From positions 46,651-110,650 of the IMG/VR virus record IMGVR_UViG_3300012347_000193: 64,000 nucleotides of DNA. One strand, given 5' to 3'. Every line of letters begins with the position of its first letter. Position 1 is the stretch's first letter. Of the stretch, positions 1 to 14,400 are shown one piece after another. The notes beneath the pieces were generated by a model, which did no database searches, was not told where the DNA came from, and saw nothing but the letters and a program-made list of their open reading frames with translations. The stretch comes from a virus. The position numbers were made by a program, and so were the translations under genes.

Positions 1-2
1 GT

Positions 3-2456
3 GAATACACCGAATGGAAAAAAGTAGAAAGCATTTATGCAAGCTCGTCTCCTGAACGAAACAAACAAGTATTCAGTGTTGCGTCAAGATACAATGACCA
101 AGTAACTTATAGCTTTGGAGACGGTGTGTTTTCTGATATGCCTATCGGTAACTTCGTATCTTACGTTCGTTCAAGTAATTCGTTGACGTATGTAATTGAT
201 CCTAGCGAAATGCAAGGAACTACTGTTTCATTAAGTTATGTTAGTAAGAACGGAAGAACCGAGACTCTTACAATGACGTTTGAATTACCATTACCAGTAG
301 CAACTGCACAAGCACGTGAGTCTTTGGTGAATATCAAACAACGTGCTCCTCAACGTTACTACTCTCAAAACCGTATGGTTAACGGAGAAGACTATAACAA
401 CTTCCCCTTCACTCTGTACAGTTCAATTATTAAGAGCAAAGCTATCAACCGCTCAAGTGTAGGTGTTAGCCGTAACTATGACTTACTTGATCCTAGCGCA
501 AAGTATTCAAGCACTAACGATTTTGCAGACGACGGTGGTTTATACTTAGACAGAAATGATGATTTTGTAGTGTTTACTGCCAACACTACAAATGACGTTG
601 TTAAATTCTTAACAGAGTCATTAGCTACTCTATTGGGTGGTCATCGTGCATATCAATTCTATACACAAGCATACACACGCTTTTTAGTAGATGCAGATTC
701 AGGTGACGGTACAACATACTGGAATCAGTCTTCATTCAATTCATCAAACAGTACAGGTTACTTTTATAATACGAGTGGCTCACCTATGCCAGTAGGATTG
801 GTAACTTCAACTAATATCAAGTATTTTACTGAAGGAGCTATGGTTAAGTTCATTGCACCAGCAGGAAAATACTTCACTAAGAATAACAAATTGATATCAG
901 GACTTCCTGGACCTAGCGACATAACAAGTATCTGGACTAGTGTGGCAAAGATTGACGGAGAAGGTAACAACAACGGTTTAGGCAATCTAGCTTCCGGAGA
1001 TGGACCTATTGCTTTGACAAATTTTATACCCGACGGTGCAGTTTTATCCACTGTAATCCCATCGTTCACAAACGTGTTTAGCTCAGAGCTAATTCAAGAA
1101 ATTGTTAATAAGATTCTGTTATCACAAAACTTCTCGTTAGTATTCAATAATACATTACTAGCAAATCAAGAAAGATGGAGCACATCTACTTACGATTCTA
1201 CTGAATATTTTGTTAGATTCAGAAGTTTGGGATATGGTAAATACGTTGTATCATCTAGAGCAGTTGCTTTCTATTTTGGTAGTGTGTCAGATGTACGTTT
1301 TACATTTGACAGAGACAAGGTTATCTTCGATCCATCATCTGGGCAAGTAATGCAAGATAGCATTACATTGTTAAAAACAAACGCACAACCAGGAACTAGT
1401 AACTACCCACTATCAACTGATATAAAATTAAATGTGAAGGGTCAGTCAATGGAAGCCGACGGTTATGTTGACGACTTCAGTGTTGAAGTTAGTTCTGCTG
1501 ATTTAGCTAGTCCAGGGACATACAAAGATCCTGACTTCTTTACCCAAGTTACTGGATACCAGTTCAATACTAAAAATCTAACGCACTTTACTTTCTTTAA
1601 GATTGTGACAGACTCAAACCAACTTACTCGTGTTGAAATGGTTCCGTTGGGTGATGTTGTACAAAATTACGGAACACAAGCAGATATCGCAATTATTAAG
1701 TATGAGTACCCTGTTGGTCAAGTGTTCTATGCTGTTTTAGAAGACAAGTTCTACCAATCAGTAAATGACACGACTTCGGCAAATATTGTCAATCTTGAGT
1801 TACTATCAAACTATACAGTTAAGATAGGTCGTCAAGGTTTGTTCTTTCAATACAAACATATTTCAAGCGAAACAACTAGAATTGATCCAGCAACCACTAA
1901 CATTATTGACTTGTATTTGCTATCATCTTCATACAATACACAATATCAAAATTGGTTACGTGACACAACTGGTTCAGTTGAAGAGCCAAAGAAGCCTACG
2001 CTTGCAGAGCTATCACAATCTTATAGCAAGATTAACGACTATAAAATGTTGACAGATAGTTTGGTATTAAATAGTGTAAGATTCAAACCGTTGTTTGGAT
2101 CTAAAGCAGAACCAACATTACGTGCCACAATCAAAGTGATTAAATCAAGTTCCACCAATGCAAGCGATAGCGAGATCCGCTCTGCTATCCTTACTGAAAT
2201 GAACAACTATTTCAATATAGATAACTGGGACTTTGGCGATAAATTTTACTTCAGTGAATTGAGTGCTTACCTACACTCATCGCTTGGTGATTTAATTAGT
2301 TCTGCGGTCTTGGTTCCCAACGACCCATCACTAGCATTTGGTGACTTGTATGAAATTTCAAGCGCACCCTATGAGATTTTTGTAAACGCCGCACAGGCAT
2401 CGGATATCGTTGTAATCTCTGCACTTACCCCGTCAGAACTACAACCAGCAGGTTAA
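3..2456 (+). CDS. Baseplate wedge subunit (T4 gp6-like), 5'-truncated by the window edge
   Basis: The frame is open from nt 3 (EYTEWKKVES...FGDGVFSDMP). It has gp6-type motifs FGDGxF, 'ESLVNIKQRAP..Y..QNRMVNGEDY' and a C-terminal 'YFNIDNWDFGDKFYFSEL'. Confidence 0.8.
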   Translation, partial: EYTEWKKVESIYASSSPERNKQVFSVASRYNDQVTYSFGDGVFSDMPIGNFVSYVRSSNSLTYVIDPSEMQGTTVSLSYVSKNGRTETLTMTFELPLPVATAQARESLVNIKQRAPQRYYSQNRMVNGEDYNNFPFTLYSSIIKSKAINRSSVGVSRNYDLLDPSAKYSSTNDFADDGGLYLDRNDDFVVFTANTTNDVVKFLTESLATLLGGHRAYQFYTQAYTRFLVDADSGDGTTYWNQSSFNSSNSTGYFYNTSGSPMPVGLVTSTNIKYFTEGAMVKFIAPAGKYFTKNNKLISGLPGPSDITSIWTSVAKIDGEGNNNGLGNLASGDGPIALTNFIPDGAVLSTVIPSFTNVFSSELIQEIVNKILLSQNFSLVFNNTLLANQERWSTSTYDSTEYFVRFRSLGYGKYVVSSRAVAFYFGSVSDVRFTFDRDKVIFDPSSGQVMQDSITLLKTNAQPGTSNYPLSTDIKLNVKGQSMEADGYVDDFSVEVSSADLASPGTYKDPDFFTQVTGYQFNTKNLTHFTFFKIVTDSNQLTRVEMVPLGDVVQNYGTQADIAIIKYEYPVGQVFYAVLEDKFYQSVNDTTSANIVNLELLSNYTVKIGRQGLFFQYKHISSETTRIDPATTNIIDLYLLSSSYNTQYQNWLRDTTGSVEEPKKPTLAELSQSYSKINDYKMLTDSLVLNSVRFKPLFGSKAEPTLRATIKVIKSSSTNASDSEIRSAILTEMNNYFNIDNWDFGDKFYFSELSAYLHSSLGDLISSAVLVPNDPSLAFGDLYEISSAPYEIFVNAAQASDIVVISALTPSELQPAG

Positions 2457-2472
2457 TATATAGGTATAACTA

Positions 2473-5400
2473 ATGACATCTAGAATTAGAACACTTGATT
2501 TCTTACCAGAAATCTTTAAAACAAAGCCAAACGAACAATTCCTTTCTGCAACGTTAGATACGCTAACGCAGCAACCTAAAGTAGAAAAGTTGCAAGGGTT
2601 TATCGGTAATAAATTTGGCTATGGGGTAAACTCAAAGGATAGTTACATTAACGAACCAACAAAGAGTCGTAATAACTATCAATTAGAACCAGCTGTAATT
2701 TTTAAAAAGAAAGACACAGACGTTCCGTTAGACTTATTGACTTACTCTGGATTAAACGATGCGCTCCGCTTAGCCGGTAGTAACCTACCTGAACACTCTC
2801 TGTATTCGAATCAATTCTATTCATGGGACAGTTTCACTGACCTTGACAAACTAGTAAACTACAGCCAATACTATTGGTTGCCTACAGGTCCTGACCCAGT
2901 TACTGTAACCAACTTGAAGTTATCTACTACTGTGAGCTACACTGTCACTTCTCTTCCACTCTCTTATTCATTGAGCGCAAAGTCACAACTAGTAGGAGAC
3001 TACAATCCTAAGCTCACGTTAGTGCGCGGTGGTGTGTACTATTTCAATGTGGATCAAACTACTCCCTTCTATATTCAAACGTCACCTGATATTTCAGGGA
3101 AACTAACTTCGAACCCAAGCATTAGTACAAGAGACATTTTTGGATTAACTAACAATGGTGCTACTACTGGAACAATTAAGTTCGTAGTACCACAGCTTAA
3201 TGAACAGTCTGATTGGGAACTGACTTTTGGTTTAAATGCAGACCTGACGACTGCAATGAGTTTGTCTGATATTGAGGCGAAACCGGTAGGCTCCGTGAGC
3301 ATCGACGGCGTAACTGATTTAGAAGGTAAGACAATTCTATTTAGGTCAAACACTCCTGGCACTAGAGCTAATCTAGTGTCATTATATGATGAAAATGATA
3401 TCGGATTCGATGGTACTGAGTTCGACCCTACTACCGAGACACAATTAAACAATCAACTATATACGGTGACGTATGTAGGAGATAATACTAACGGATTCTT
3501 TATCAACCTAGTTGAAGCAGATTCTCTTCCAATCAACAAGTTAATCAAAATTCAATTTGGTGATGAATTCAATGGAAGAAGTTTTGTTAAAAATGCATTC
3601 GGTGAAATTTTACTAGTGCCACCAGTGACAGCTAACACTGACACTTACTACTATGTCGATGGAGTAAATCCCGATAAGTATGGTGAAATCGAAATCGTAG
3701 ATAGCATCGATAGTAGTTTTGTAAACGTTGAGCAAATTCTAGGTAAGAAAACGTACACTAGCGCCAACGGCATCACATTCACTAATGGACTGTGTGTTCA
3801 ATTTGCCGGTAATACTTTCCCAGCAGAATACACTAGAGGTTCGTACATCGTTGAGGGTGTCGGTGACAGCATCAACTTAATTTTGCTCTCTGAACTTCTT
3901 GTACCTGAGATATTTTCATATCAAGTATCGTCACCGTTCGATGCTCAATACTTTGACACTTACTCGTTTGGCGAGACCTTCTTGTACCCTAAGGACAAAG
4001 ACTATATTACAATTTCACGTAATGCAAAAAATAAAAATGCATGGAGCAGAAGTAATCGTTGGTTCCACGTTGATGTTTTAAAGGCTACTCTTGAATATAA
4101 TCCTGACGCAGTTATTGTGTCGGAAGCTCTAGGTAATCCTGAAAAGATGGCAAAGCGTCCAATCATTGAATTCTATCCAAACCTACGCTTGATGAATTCT
4201 GGAGTCTCGTCAAAGAATAATGTATCTTATATTAATTTTACTGAATCTCAGGCATTGTTCACGGCTGCAGGTACTTCTGACTTTGTTCCAGATGGTTCTA
4301 CTAGTTACTTGTATGATGGCGCGACAATAATTTTTGCTGCCGATGCGGATTTAGCAGTGCGTTCTACGGTATACAAGATTCAAGTATCAGAAACGGTAAA
4401 TACTGAAGTAATCTCAATCATCTCGTTATCCGGTTCATTGACAAATGCTGATGGTAGCAAAGATGTAACATATCAAGTCTCTCCACAGACTAAATCGCTT
4501 CCTGCAAATAAATTGCTCTCTGTGTATGGAAATGAGAATGCATCGTTTAATGGCACATTCAGAATTGTTTCAACGACCGCAACCACTATTACGTTGCGAT
4601 ACCCTACTGGAACATCGGGTACTTGGGATGAAATTAGTCCAACATATTTAAAAACTAATTTAGAAACTACGTTGACTGAGGATTCTACAGTAAACTACCT
4701 AGACCAAGTAGCAATTATATCTGGTTCAACTTACGGTGGAAAAACTTTTTACTTCGACGGATCAAATTGGGTCTTAGCACAGCAAAAAGACAGAATTAAT
4801 CAACCACCGTTATTTGACTTGTTTGATAATAACAATCATAGCCTTTCTGATACCAACTTTTATCCTGCTAGTGATTTTGAAGGTTGCACGTTGTTCGAAT
4901 ATGCAATTGGTTCAGGAGTCAATGATACTGAATTAAACTTCCCTATCAAATATAACTCAGTGGAGAATATTGGTGACATTGTTTTTAACAACTCACTTAA
5001 CACACAGAAATTTCATTATGTACTAGGTAACGACTCAATCGAATCATCAGTTAGTATTGGGTATGCACACATTAGTACTTTTGAAAATGAGTTTACCCGA
5101 CATTTAGGTTGGCAAACTGCAATTGAAGAAAGTTTTCAATATCAAGTCTTCAATATGCAATATACTGGCATACCGTTTACACCTACATTCATTTGTGATG
5201 TTCCGGTAAAAACTACGACAGCGTGGACTCCTATTGTAGTCTATGTTGACAATGCACGTATTGCTGACACTGAGTATACTGTTTCAGTTAGCGGTGACAT
5301 GACTACTATTAAACTAGTCAACTATCCGGTTATTGGTACTATGGTTGATATCATGTTGCTAAGTGATACCCCTAGTAAAATCGGGTACTACCAAACACCT

Positions 5401-8400
5401 ATCAACTTAGACCATAATCCATATAACTCACAAATTGAGACTTTAAGTTTAGGTGACATTCGTGGTCACTATAAGAGCATGTTCAACAATGCACCAAGTG
5501 TAACTGGTACAGCGTTTGGTCCTAACAATTTCCGTGATTCAGGTAATCTTATCCCTTATGGAACTCGCATTATTCAAAATAGTGCCCCACTAACATTGCC
5601 AGCTTCATTCTTGCGTAACAATGATTACAATTTCTTTGAAGCACTAACGTTCAATAGTATTGAGTATATCAAGTACAAAGCAACAATGATTAATGCATTG
5701 GACAATAATGATTTCTCATATATTACTAGTGATGCTGCGTTGTTAGATGAAGTTATATCTATCATCACTGAACCTAAGACAGAAACAAGTCCCTTCTTTT
5801 GGAGTGACATGCTTCCATCTAAAAACATCACACAGTCAAAGACGTACTCGTTCAAGACCGTGCTCGATACTTCAATCTTCCAATTGTTGAAAGTTTATGA
5901 TTATAACAATGCAAACTACAATAGCGTATTAGTATACCTAACTAGAAAAACTGGTTCAGTAGTTAGCACCAAACAATTGATTAACGGAATCGACTACATA
6001 ATTTCTGCGGAAGTAGCAGAGTTAACAGTACTAACTGATTTGATCCCAGGTGATAAAATTGTCATCAACGAATATGCACAGACGTTTGGTAACTTCGTGC
6101 CTAACACACCGACTAAGTTGGGATTATACCCTTCGTTTGTTCCTGAACTAATATTAGATAGTAGTTACTTAACACCTACATACTTCATCAAAGGACATGA
6201 TGGTTCTTATTCTAAGTTGTACGGTAATGTTGTCAATGGATACATGACTGACGCACGTGACAGATTAGTATTCGAATTTGAATCTCGTATCTATAACAAC
6301 TTAAAAGTATTGAATAAGACTATCTCGTTGAAGCGAGAGGATATTGTTCCTGGTTATTTTAGAAGTAACCAAACACAAGTAAACTCATTCAATGAAGCAT
6401 ACGAAACTCAACTATTAAATTGGGTAGGATTAAATCGAATCGATTTGAATTCACAGTTCTATGACGCTACCAATGAGTTTACTTGGAACTACCGTGGATC
6501 TAAATTTAAGTTAGACAAAACATCCCTGTCGCAAGGTAACTGGAGAGGAATTTACTTGTGGTTGTATGATACTGCTACTCCTAATGCAACTCCTTGGGAA
6601 ATGTTAGGTTTGTCAAACAAGCCTTCTTGGTGGGATACGCATTACGGTGCAGCTCCTTATACGTCTGATAACTTAATAATGTGGACTGATATCGCTAATG
6701 GCTACGTATGGAATAACGGTGAGCCCTACACATCTGAAAACTTAAAGAGACCGGGCTTATTGGAAATTTTACCAGTAGACTCTGCTGGTAAATTGATTTC
6801 TCCGTTCACTAGTTGTGTGGCTACCTACGATGCAAACACATTCAACACAATGTGGGAGCCGCTTGACATGGGACCAGCAGAATACTCATATATCAAGAGT
6901 AGTTCTTGGCCCTTTGACATGGTTCGTATGATGGTACTAACTAAGCCGGCTAAATTCTTTAACTTAAACGTTGACTTAGATTTCTATCAATACAGTAGTG
7001 AATTCAATCAATATCTAGTTGGTGAGAGAATGCGTACACCTCCTACTGGAATTAAAATTTACGGTACTGATGAAACAACTTCAGCACATAGTTATATCAA
7101 CTGGATAGTTGACTACTCTACACAGTTTGGTGTAGTTGGATCAGATGAAATCAAATCTATTTTCTCAAACACAGATGTTAGATTAGTTTACAAGGCTGCA
7201 GGATTCACTAGTAAAGATATGATTAAATTCTTTACAGAGAATAGTTCTTCTTCGTCAACTAAAGCATCGTTGATTCCTGAAGACAGCTACAGCGTTTTGT
7301 TATATAACAATCAGCCAACAGACACTATCATCTACAGCTCAATCGTTGTGCAAAAAACTTTGGCTGGATATAAAGTATACGGAAACAAACAGTCAAAGGC
7401 ATACTTTACAGTTAGAACTCCTATATCTGGGTTGTATGAACCAGTAACAGTTAACGGTAAAACAGTTCAAATTGCAAAATCATATTCTCAGCAACAGATG
7501 AATGTTCCTTACGGTTTCGAGTTCAACACCATTGAACGATTGTTAGAATTTGTTAAAGGTTACGGTTTGTATCTTGAAAGTCAAGGTATGATTTTTGATG
7601 ACATTGAAAATTCGCTAGAATTATCTTGGGATCAAATGTTAGCTGAAGTATTGTATTGGACTCAGTCTGGTTGGGAAGTAGGAAGCACAGTAAGTATTAA
7701 CCCTGCAGCTAACATCCTTCGTATTGATACCGGCAACGCATTAGTTCAACCATTGACTCTAAGTAAGCAAAACTTTGTATTGAATCAGAACTTACTTCCA
7801 ATCGCACTTAATGACTTATCAATCCACAGAGTAGGAACTGAGCTAAGTATCAAGGCTTTAAATTCAGGTGATGCACTTAGTTTCTTTGTAGGAAATGTAA
7901 GCTCTATCGAGCACGTGATTGTATTCGATAATACAACTATATTCGGAGACTTGATTTTTGATATCGTAACCGGACTAAGACAGCAGAGATTGTTTGTCAA
8001 GGGAACTAAAACAGCAGAGTGGAACGGCACACTAGATGCTGCTGGATTTATTATGTCTCTTGATTCTATTACTGACTGGATACCTAATCAGAAATATAGT
8101 AAAGGCACTGTTGTTAAATTCAAGAGCGAGTATTGGATGGCAAACGTGTCAATCGTACAACCTAAAAACACATTTGACTACTCTGAGTGGTTAAAGACTA
8201 CATATGAAATGGTTCAGCAAAGAATGTTACCTAACCAAAGCACTCGCTCGGCAGAAGCTGCTTTGTACTACAACAAAAATACTGCTAACCTAGCAAATGA
8301 TGCTGACTTGTTAAGTTTCTCATTGATTGGATACAGACCAAGAGATTATTTAGATAGTGCAGACTTGGATGACTCCTCACAGGTTAATTTGTTCAGTAAC

Positions 8401-11400
8401 TTCATCGAAGGCAAGGGAACAAATCAGACAGTTAGTGGTTTGAACGGAATCACATTGAAAGATGATTCAGTTAATTATACTGTCCATGAAAATTGGGCTA
8501 TTAAAACATCTGAGTTCGGTGGCGTACTAAATCATAACTACCTACAATTCACACTAGATGAAAGTAAACTAGTTGGAAATCCTTCCGTAGTCAGCATCAT
8601 TGAAGCAGACGCAGTTGAAGGTGCGCAACAACAAGTATCGATGCACAATCTTACAAACTACGGTAGAACCTTAGCATCTAACAACATTTTACCTCAAGTT
8701 GATCCAGATTCAATTGACTACTTACCTAGCGCTGGATATGTAAACTTAGATGATGTCATCGAAATCGGATATAGAATCAACGACTTTAGTGATGCGGCGA
8801 TAACCGGTGTCTACAAGAATGATTATCTATGGGTAGCTAATAAAAACAGCACTTGGGATGTTTACACACCGGTGTCATCTGGTGCACTAGTTACTAGTGT
8901 AGTTAACAACTTAAACGATACTGTTGCTGTTATTTTTGATAAACCACATGCATTACTAGAAGGTCAGTCATTGGGCATTCTAAACTTTGATTCCCGTATA
9001 GACGGATATCACACAGTAGATTCAGTTACTAGTTTGACCAGCATCGTAATTTCAATCACCTTGTCGGCAGCAGTTACGAACATCAATGGTTCAGGATTAG
9101 TCTTCTTGCTACAAAGTCAACGTGTAAGCACACCTAGAGACATACCAAATCTACCGCTACTTAACACAGAGTACGATTCAACTAAAGTATGGGTCGACCA
9201 AGGTAAAGACGGGGGTTGGAAAGTATTCGAAAAGACTAACAACTATGAACTTACTGATATTGAAAAAGAATTTCCAAATTCTTCTACAGGTACTGCGGTT
9301 GCATACGTACACGGTGTAGGATACCTTACAGGAGATCCAGCGACTGGTGAATTGTCAGTCTATGACACTATCAATGACGACGGAAGATATTACGAAAAAG
9401 CTAAGATTAGCAAACCAAATACAACCTTTGGTCAAGTTATCGAACATAACACTGACGTAATTCTTGTTGCTGCTCCTAGTGACACTACAAGTCAGATTTT
9501 TGTTTATCGTAACGCATCTAGTGAAGGCATCACTAGACCGGTGTTTGAACAAGTATTATCAGTATCAGGCGGTAAAGCAGGTACTGCACTTGCGATTTCA
9601 GGTGACAGTAACTATATCTATGTTAATGCAATTGACACTGATGCTGAAGGCGAAGCTCTACTAATGTTCTCATTAGATGCAAACTTATTGAAAACTGGTA
9701 CAGGCATGACAACTGTATCTGACATTGCATTGTACTCAAAGACTTTTGTAGTTTCAGGAGACCAACGTGCTGCTATACAAGATGGTCAACGCATCTCTTT
9801 CATTACATCGTACTCATTAATTTCTACTATATCTGATACATTTAACTATCTAGTTACTAACGCATTCGATGGTACTAATTCTTCATTCAAGTTATCAGGT
9901 GACAAGAGAAGTCTATTAGGCAACGGCGATGTTGTTTCGTTTGGTAACTCAGGTGTCGATAAAAACAGATTGTACAATATCACATTGACTGGATATGACC
10001 CAACGTCAAATAAAACTACATTCTATGTAGAACAGCAACCTATATTCTGGGAAGACCCTGTGTTTGTTCCTCCTGTCGCAGGAACAAATGTATACAAGGT
10101 GTCATTTGCTACTGACGCGGTTTACACTGTAGCTACCGGAGCATACAATACTCAAACACAGCAGACAACATTCTATATAACATCTGAGTTTAATCAAAGT
10201 ATTGCAAGCGGTGCACAGGTTTACGTCGCCTCAATGAACTACGAGTTAGTTCAATTGTTTAACCCTTCACAAAGCTGGGTGTTCGGTGATGAGTATGCGG
10301 CAAGTATTGCTACTAACTATGATGGTAGTAAGATATTCGTCGGAGCTCCGAAGCACGACCAAAGTGCATCACAACAGTCTACTGGATTGATGTATGCATA
10401 CGACCGACTATTCCAGAATTTTGAAATTCAACGTGACCAAAAGCCAGGGGCAATTTATGTTGTTAGATTACCTTGGTACCCTGCGATTTCATCTAAGGTA
10501 TACTTGAATGGAAAGCTATTAGCATCTAACAAGTACACTCTAATTTTGAACGCAATCATATTTGGACCTATCGGTATTCTTGCCGGAGACATTATTAAAG
10601 TAAGTAGCGACAATTTAGTATTGACTGGTACGTTTGTCAATGGTAATCCTAGTGACTTACGTTCTGGACAAATGTTTGGCTACGCACTTGATTGTAACAG
10701 AGAAGGTAGTGAGATAATTGTAAGTGCTCCTTATGCAGTTACTTCGGATAATAAAGAAGGAGCGGTCTACCGCTTCACTGACCAAGGTAAACGTTACGGT
10801 ACTTGGGTTGGAGTTACGTCTGCTGCATTAGTAGAACCTACTCAAATCTTATTGAACGGATACAGAGCTAATTTGTTTAACGTGTTTGCTTTAAAATCAA
10901 CTGTCACGAATGATTCAGCAGTTGGCGCAACATCTCATTCAGTATTTGTAAACCCAGCAGAAGCAGCATTAATGCCACCGTCAGGTTTGATTGGATTCAG
11001 AAAGATAGTATCCGGTGACACATATAACATTGCGTATCGCAGTGTTGATGCTACTACCGGAGAAATTAAATTTGCATACGCTGATGCAAACGATACTTCT
11101 TCTGATTACTTCAACCCACAAGTTTACGACTCTGTGCAGGGTGCATGGGTATCTACTACTGTAACTCTTACAACCGATGACACTCAGATATATGCTCCTC
11201 TAGGAAGTGCAAGAAACATCGCTGATGCAATCGTTAAAGCGAACATAACTAATGTTTTTGCTTACTCGACTGAAGACAATCGTTTGGTAATTCGTTTACG
11301 TGATATGTCATTAGCTCCTAACATGAACAAACTATCTGTAGGTGTGTTCAATGGTAATTATTGGACTATGCTAGGCATGCTACCGTATCCAATTGCTCAG

Positions 11401-14400
11401 ACTATCACACCACCGCATGACGTTGCTCAAACAATGTTTGGTGCAGCATTAAAATTTAATGAAGCTAACTCTTTCGTAGTTGGAGCACCGACTGCTAAAC
11501 GTTTACTACCTACTAAGTTTGACTTCAGCAACGATAAAAACGTACACAATGATACGGTGTTCGATAATAACTTGACTGGATGGGAAGATAGTTTTGACGA
11601 AGCTGGCGCAGTGTACATGTACGATTATATTGATTCATATGATGAATCATTGGACAACATCGGAAAATATATATACTCTCAGCCTTGTACAGATTTAGTG
11701 TCTGACTATGGTGTTAGACCTATGTTTGGTTTTGCAGTAGACTTCAACAACTATAACGTTGTAGTAGGAGCACCTAAATTCAAAACATCAACAGTAGGTG
11801 GTAAGGCAGTAATCTTTAGAAATTACGCTAAGGAACCAAACTGGAAACTATTCAGAGAGGCTGACCAAGTAGTTGATATTCATAAAATCAACAAGGTGCA
11901 TTTGTTTAACAATGTAACAGATGTTACTAACATGGCTCTCGACTATATTGATCCTCTACAGGGCAAGTTACTTGGTGTTGTCATTGAAAACTTAGACCAT
12001 ACTTCACCTGTAGATCCTGCATCATACAATAGTTCTGCGTCAACATCTAACAAAGTATCTTGGAACAGTGCTCAATTAGGTAAGTTGTGGTTTGATACTA
12101 GTAACGTTCGTTTCTTAAACTACCATCAAAATGATGTAGCATACAACAGTAAATATTGGGGTCAAGTTTTCCCAGGAAGTGATGTTGCAGTGTACACTTG
12201 GATAGAAAGTTCAGTGCCTCCGGCTAGCTATACTGGTAACGGAACTCCGTTCGAACTAGAAAGTTATTCAGTCACATTCACTACGGATTCCACTGACACA
12301 TTGGTACCTAAATATTATTTCTGGGTACGTGACACTAATATATTGAACACCAAATACGGAAAGACTCTTTCGGATCAAATCATTGCTCGTTACATCGAGA
12401 CACCTAAAGAATCCGGAGTTGCATTCTTAGCACCATTACGTGCAAACACATTTGGATTGTATAATTCATACGATTACATCAATAACACATCTACTAATAT
12501 CCATATAGGATTTAGCACAACTACAAATGACGTTTCAGGTCATAGTGAATTCAAGCTAATTAGAACCGACTTCACAGAAGACTTCTTGCCTGGTTTCGTT
12601 GATATCAGAAAAGGATTCACTGAGCCAACTAGCTTGTACGAAAAATATATTGATAGTTTTGCTGGTGCAGATAGTTCAGGTGCAGTAGTACCGGATCCAA
12701 CTTTACCGTTGCTAATGCAAACTGGTATCAGTGTTCGTCCTAGACAGAGCATGTTTGTTAACCGTTTGAGTGCGTTAGAAAATTATCTAACATACATCAA
12801 TTCAGTATTAATTAATTATCCTATATTAGAGACTAGCCATGCTACCTTCTTGTATTCAGCGACTAATGAATTTGACACTACTGCGTATTGGGATGCAGTG
12901 TACTGGTGGGCAGAGGGATATTCTGCTACTACTCGTGCCAATCTTGAAGTATCAGTTTATGACGACTTATATTCAGTTACTGCAAAAGAAAATCTAATAG
13001 TAGGAGTTTCTGCGAATGCTGTAGGAAAACGTGAGGTATATATTTACCAAAGCGGTACATGGAATAGAATTGGTCTAGAACAAGGCACCGTTCAATTCTC
13101 CTACAAATTATGGGACTACACAGCGAACAAAGTAGGCTTTGGTAATGAGTTCTTTGATACATCATTGTTTGATGCTTATCCATCGAACGAGACTAGAAAC
13201 ATCATTCGAGCTATTAATGAGCAACTATTAGTGGGTGAACTATTTGAATATCGTAACAAGAGTTTAACTTTGATGTTTGAGTTTATTCAAAGCGAAAACG
13301 TTGAATTACATAATTACTTACCTTGGTTAAACAAGACACGTTTTGCCGATGTTAGTTATGATATCCGCACGTTGAAGCAAACTCCTAGATACAAGGTAGA
13401 TAACTCTCAGTTGCTAGAAGGTTACATCAATGAAGTGAAACCTTATAGTGTTGTAATCAAAGAATTCTTTGCAAAATATAATGTGATGGATACTGTTGCT
13501 AGTACTATTTCAGATTTTGATTTACCTTCATACTATGATACAGAGTTACAAAAGTTTGTGTCACCTCAAGTAGTATTTGGATCAACTGCTAGTCTAGATG
13601 AAAAAACTACAACTGATGCAATATGGAATGACTTTAAGTACTCAAATTGGAAAGACAACTTGGGTATGTTAATTAAAGGTGGCGAAACACGTTTAGTATC
13701 TTTCTTGAAAAAGTATGTCAGCTTAACATCGACCGACCTTGAAGTTGAGAATGCCTACACGTTGCCAGTTGAAGGTATCTTAAAAATTAATTCGGAACAA
13801 ATTGCATACAATAGAATAGACCGAGTTACTGGGAAATTAGAAGGCGTTACTAGAGGAGTTAACGGAACAAGTACCGCAGTATACCTTACTGGAACCCCTG
13901 TCTATATGGACACACCGGATGTCACAGTGTTGGATTCAGGTAGAGATTATGAATTTCCTCCTACTGTTACAGCATACATCAATACTACTGAATACCCTGC
14001 ACCTCGCAGAGAAGCAGTATTAGAAGCAGTTATGAATAATGACCGAATGGTTGGTGTTAATGTAATTGACCCGGGTGAAGGGTATATAGTTGCTCCTGAA
14101 ATTAAAATTTCAAGCAGCGTTGAGTATGTTTTTGACAACTTCGATTCATCCCAAGATGGTGCTACTAATTTTGTTGACCGCGAAAACAGTCAACTTCGTA
14201 CAACAGTTGCCAACGTACTAGAAACAGGTGACACTGTACTAGTTACTAATAACTCATCTTCATCAGTGCTAATACCTAATGGTTACTATTACGCACAAGT
14301 AGTGAAGAACACGTACGGTACTACTATTACCTTCTTCGATACTTTCCTTGAATCTTTCAATAGTTTAAATCCTATCAGATTCAATACGGGTGTAGTTACT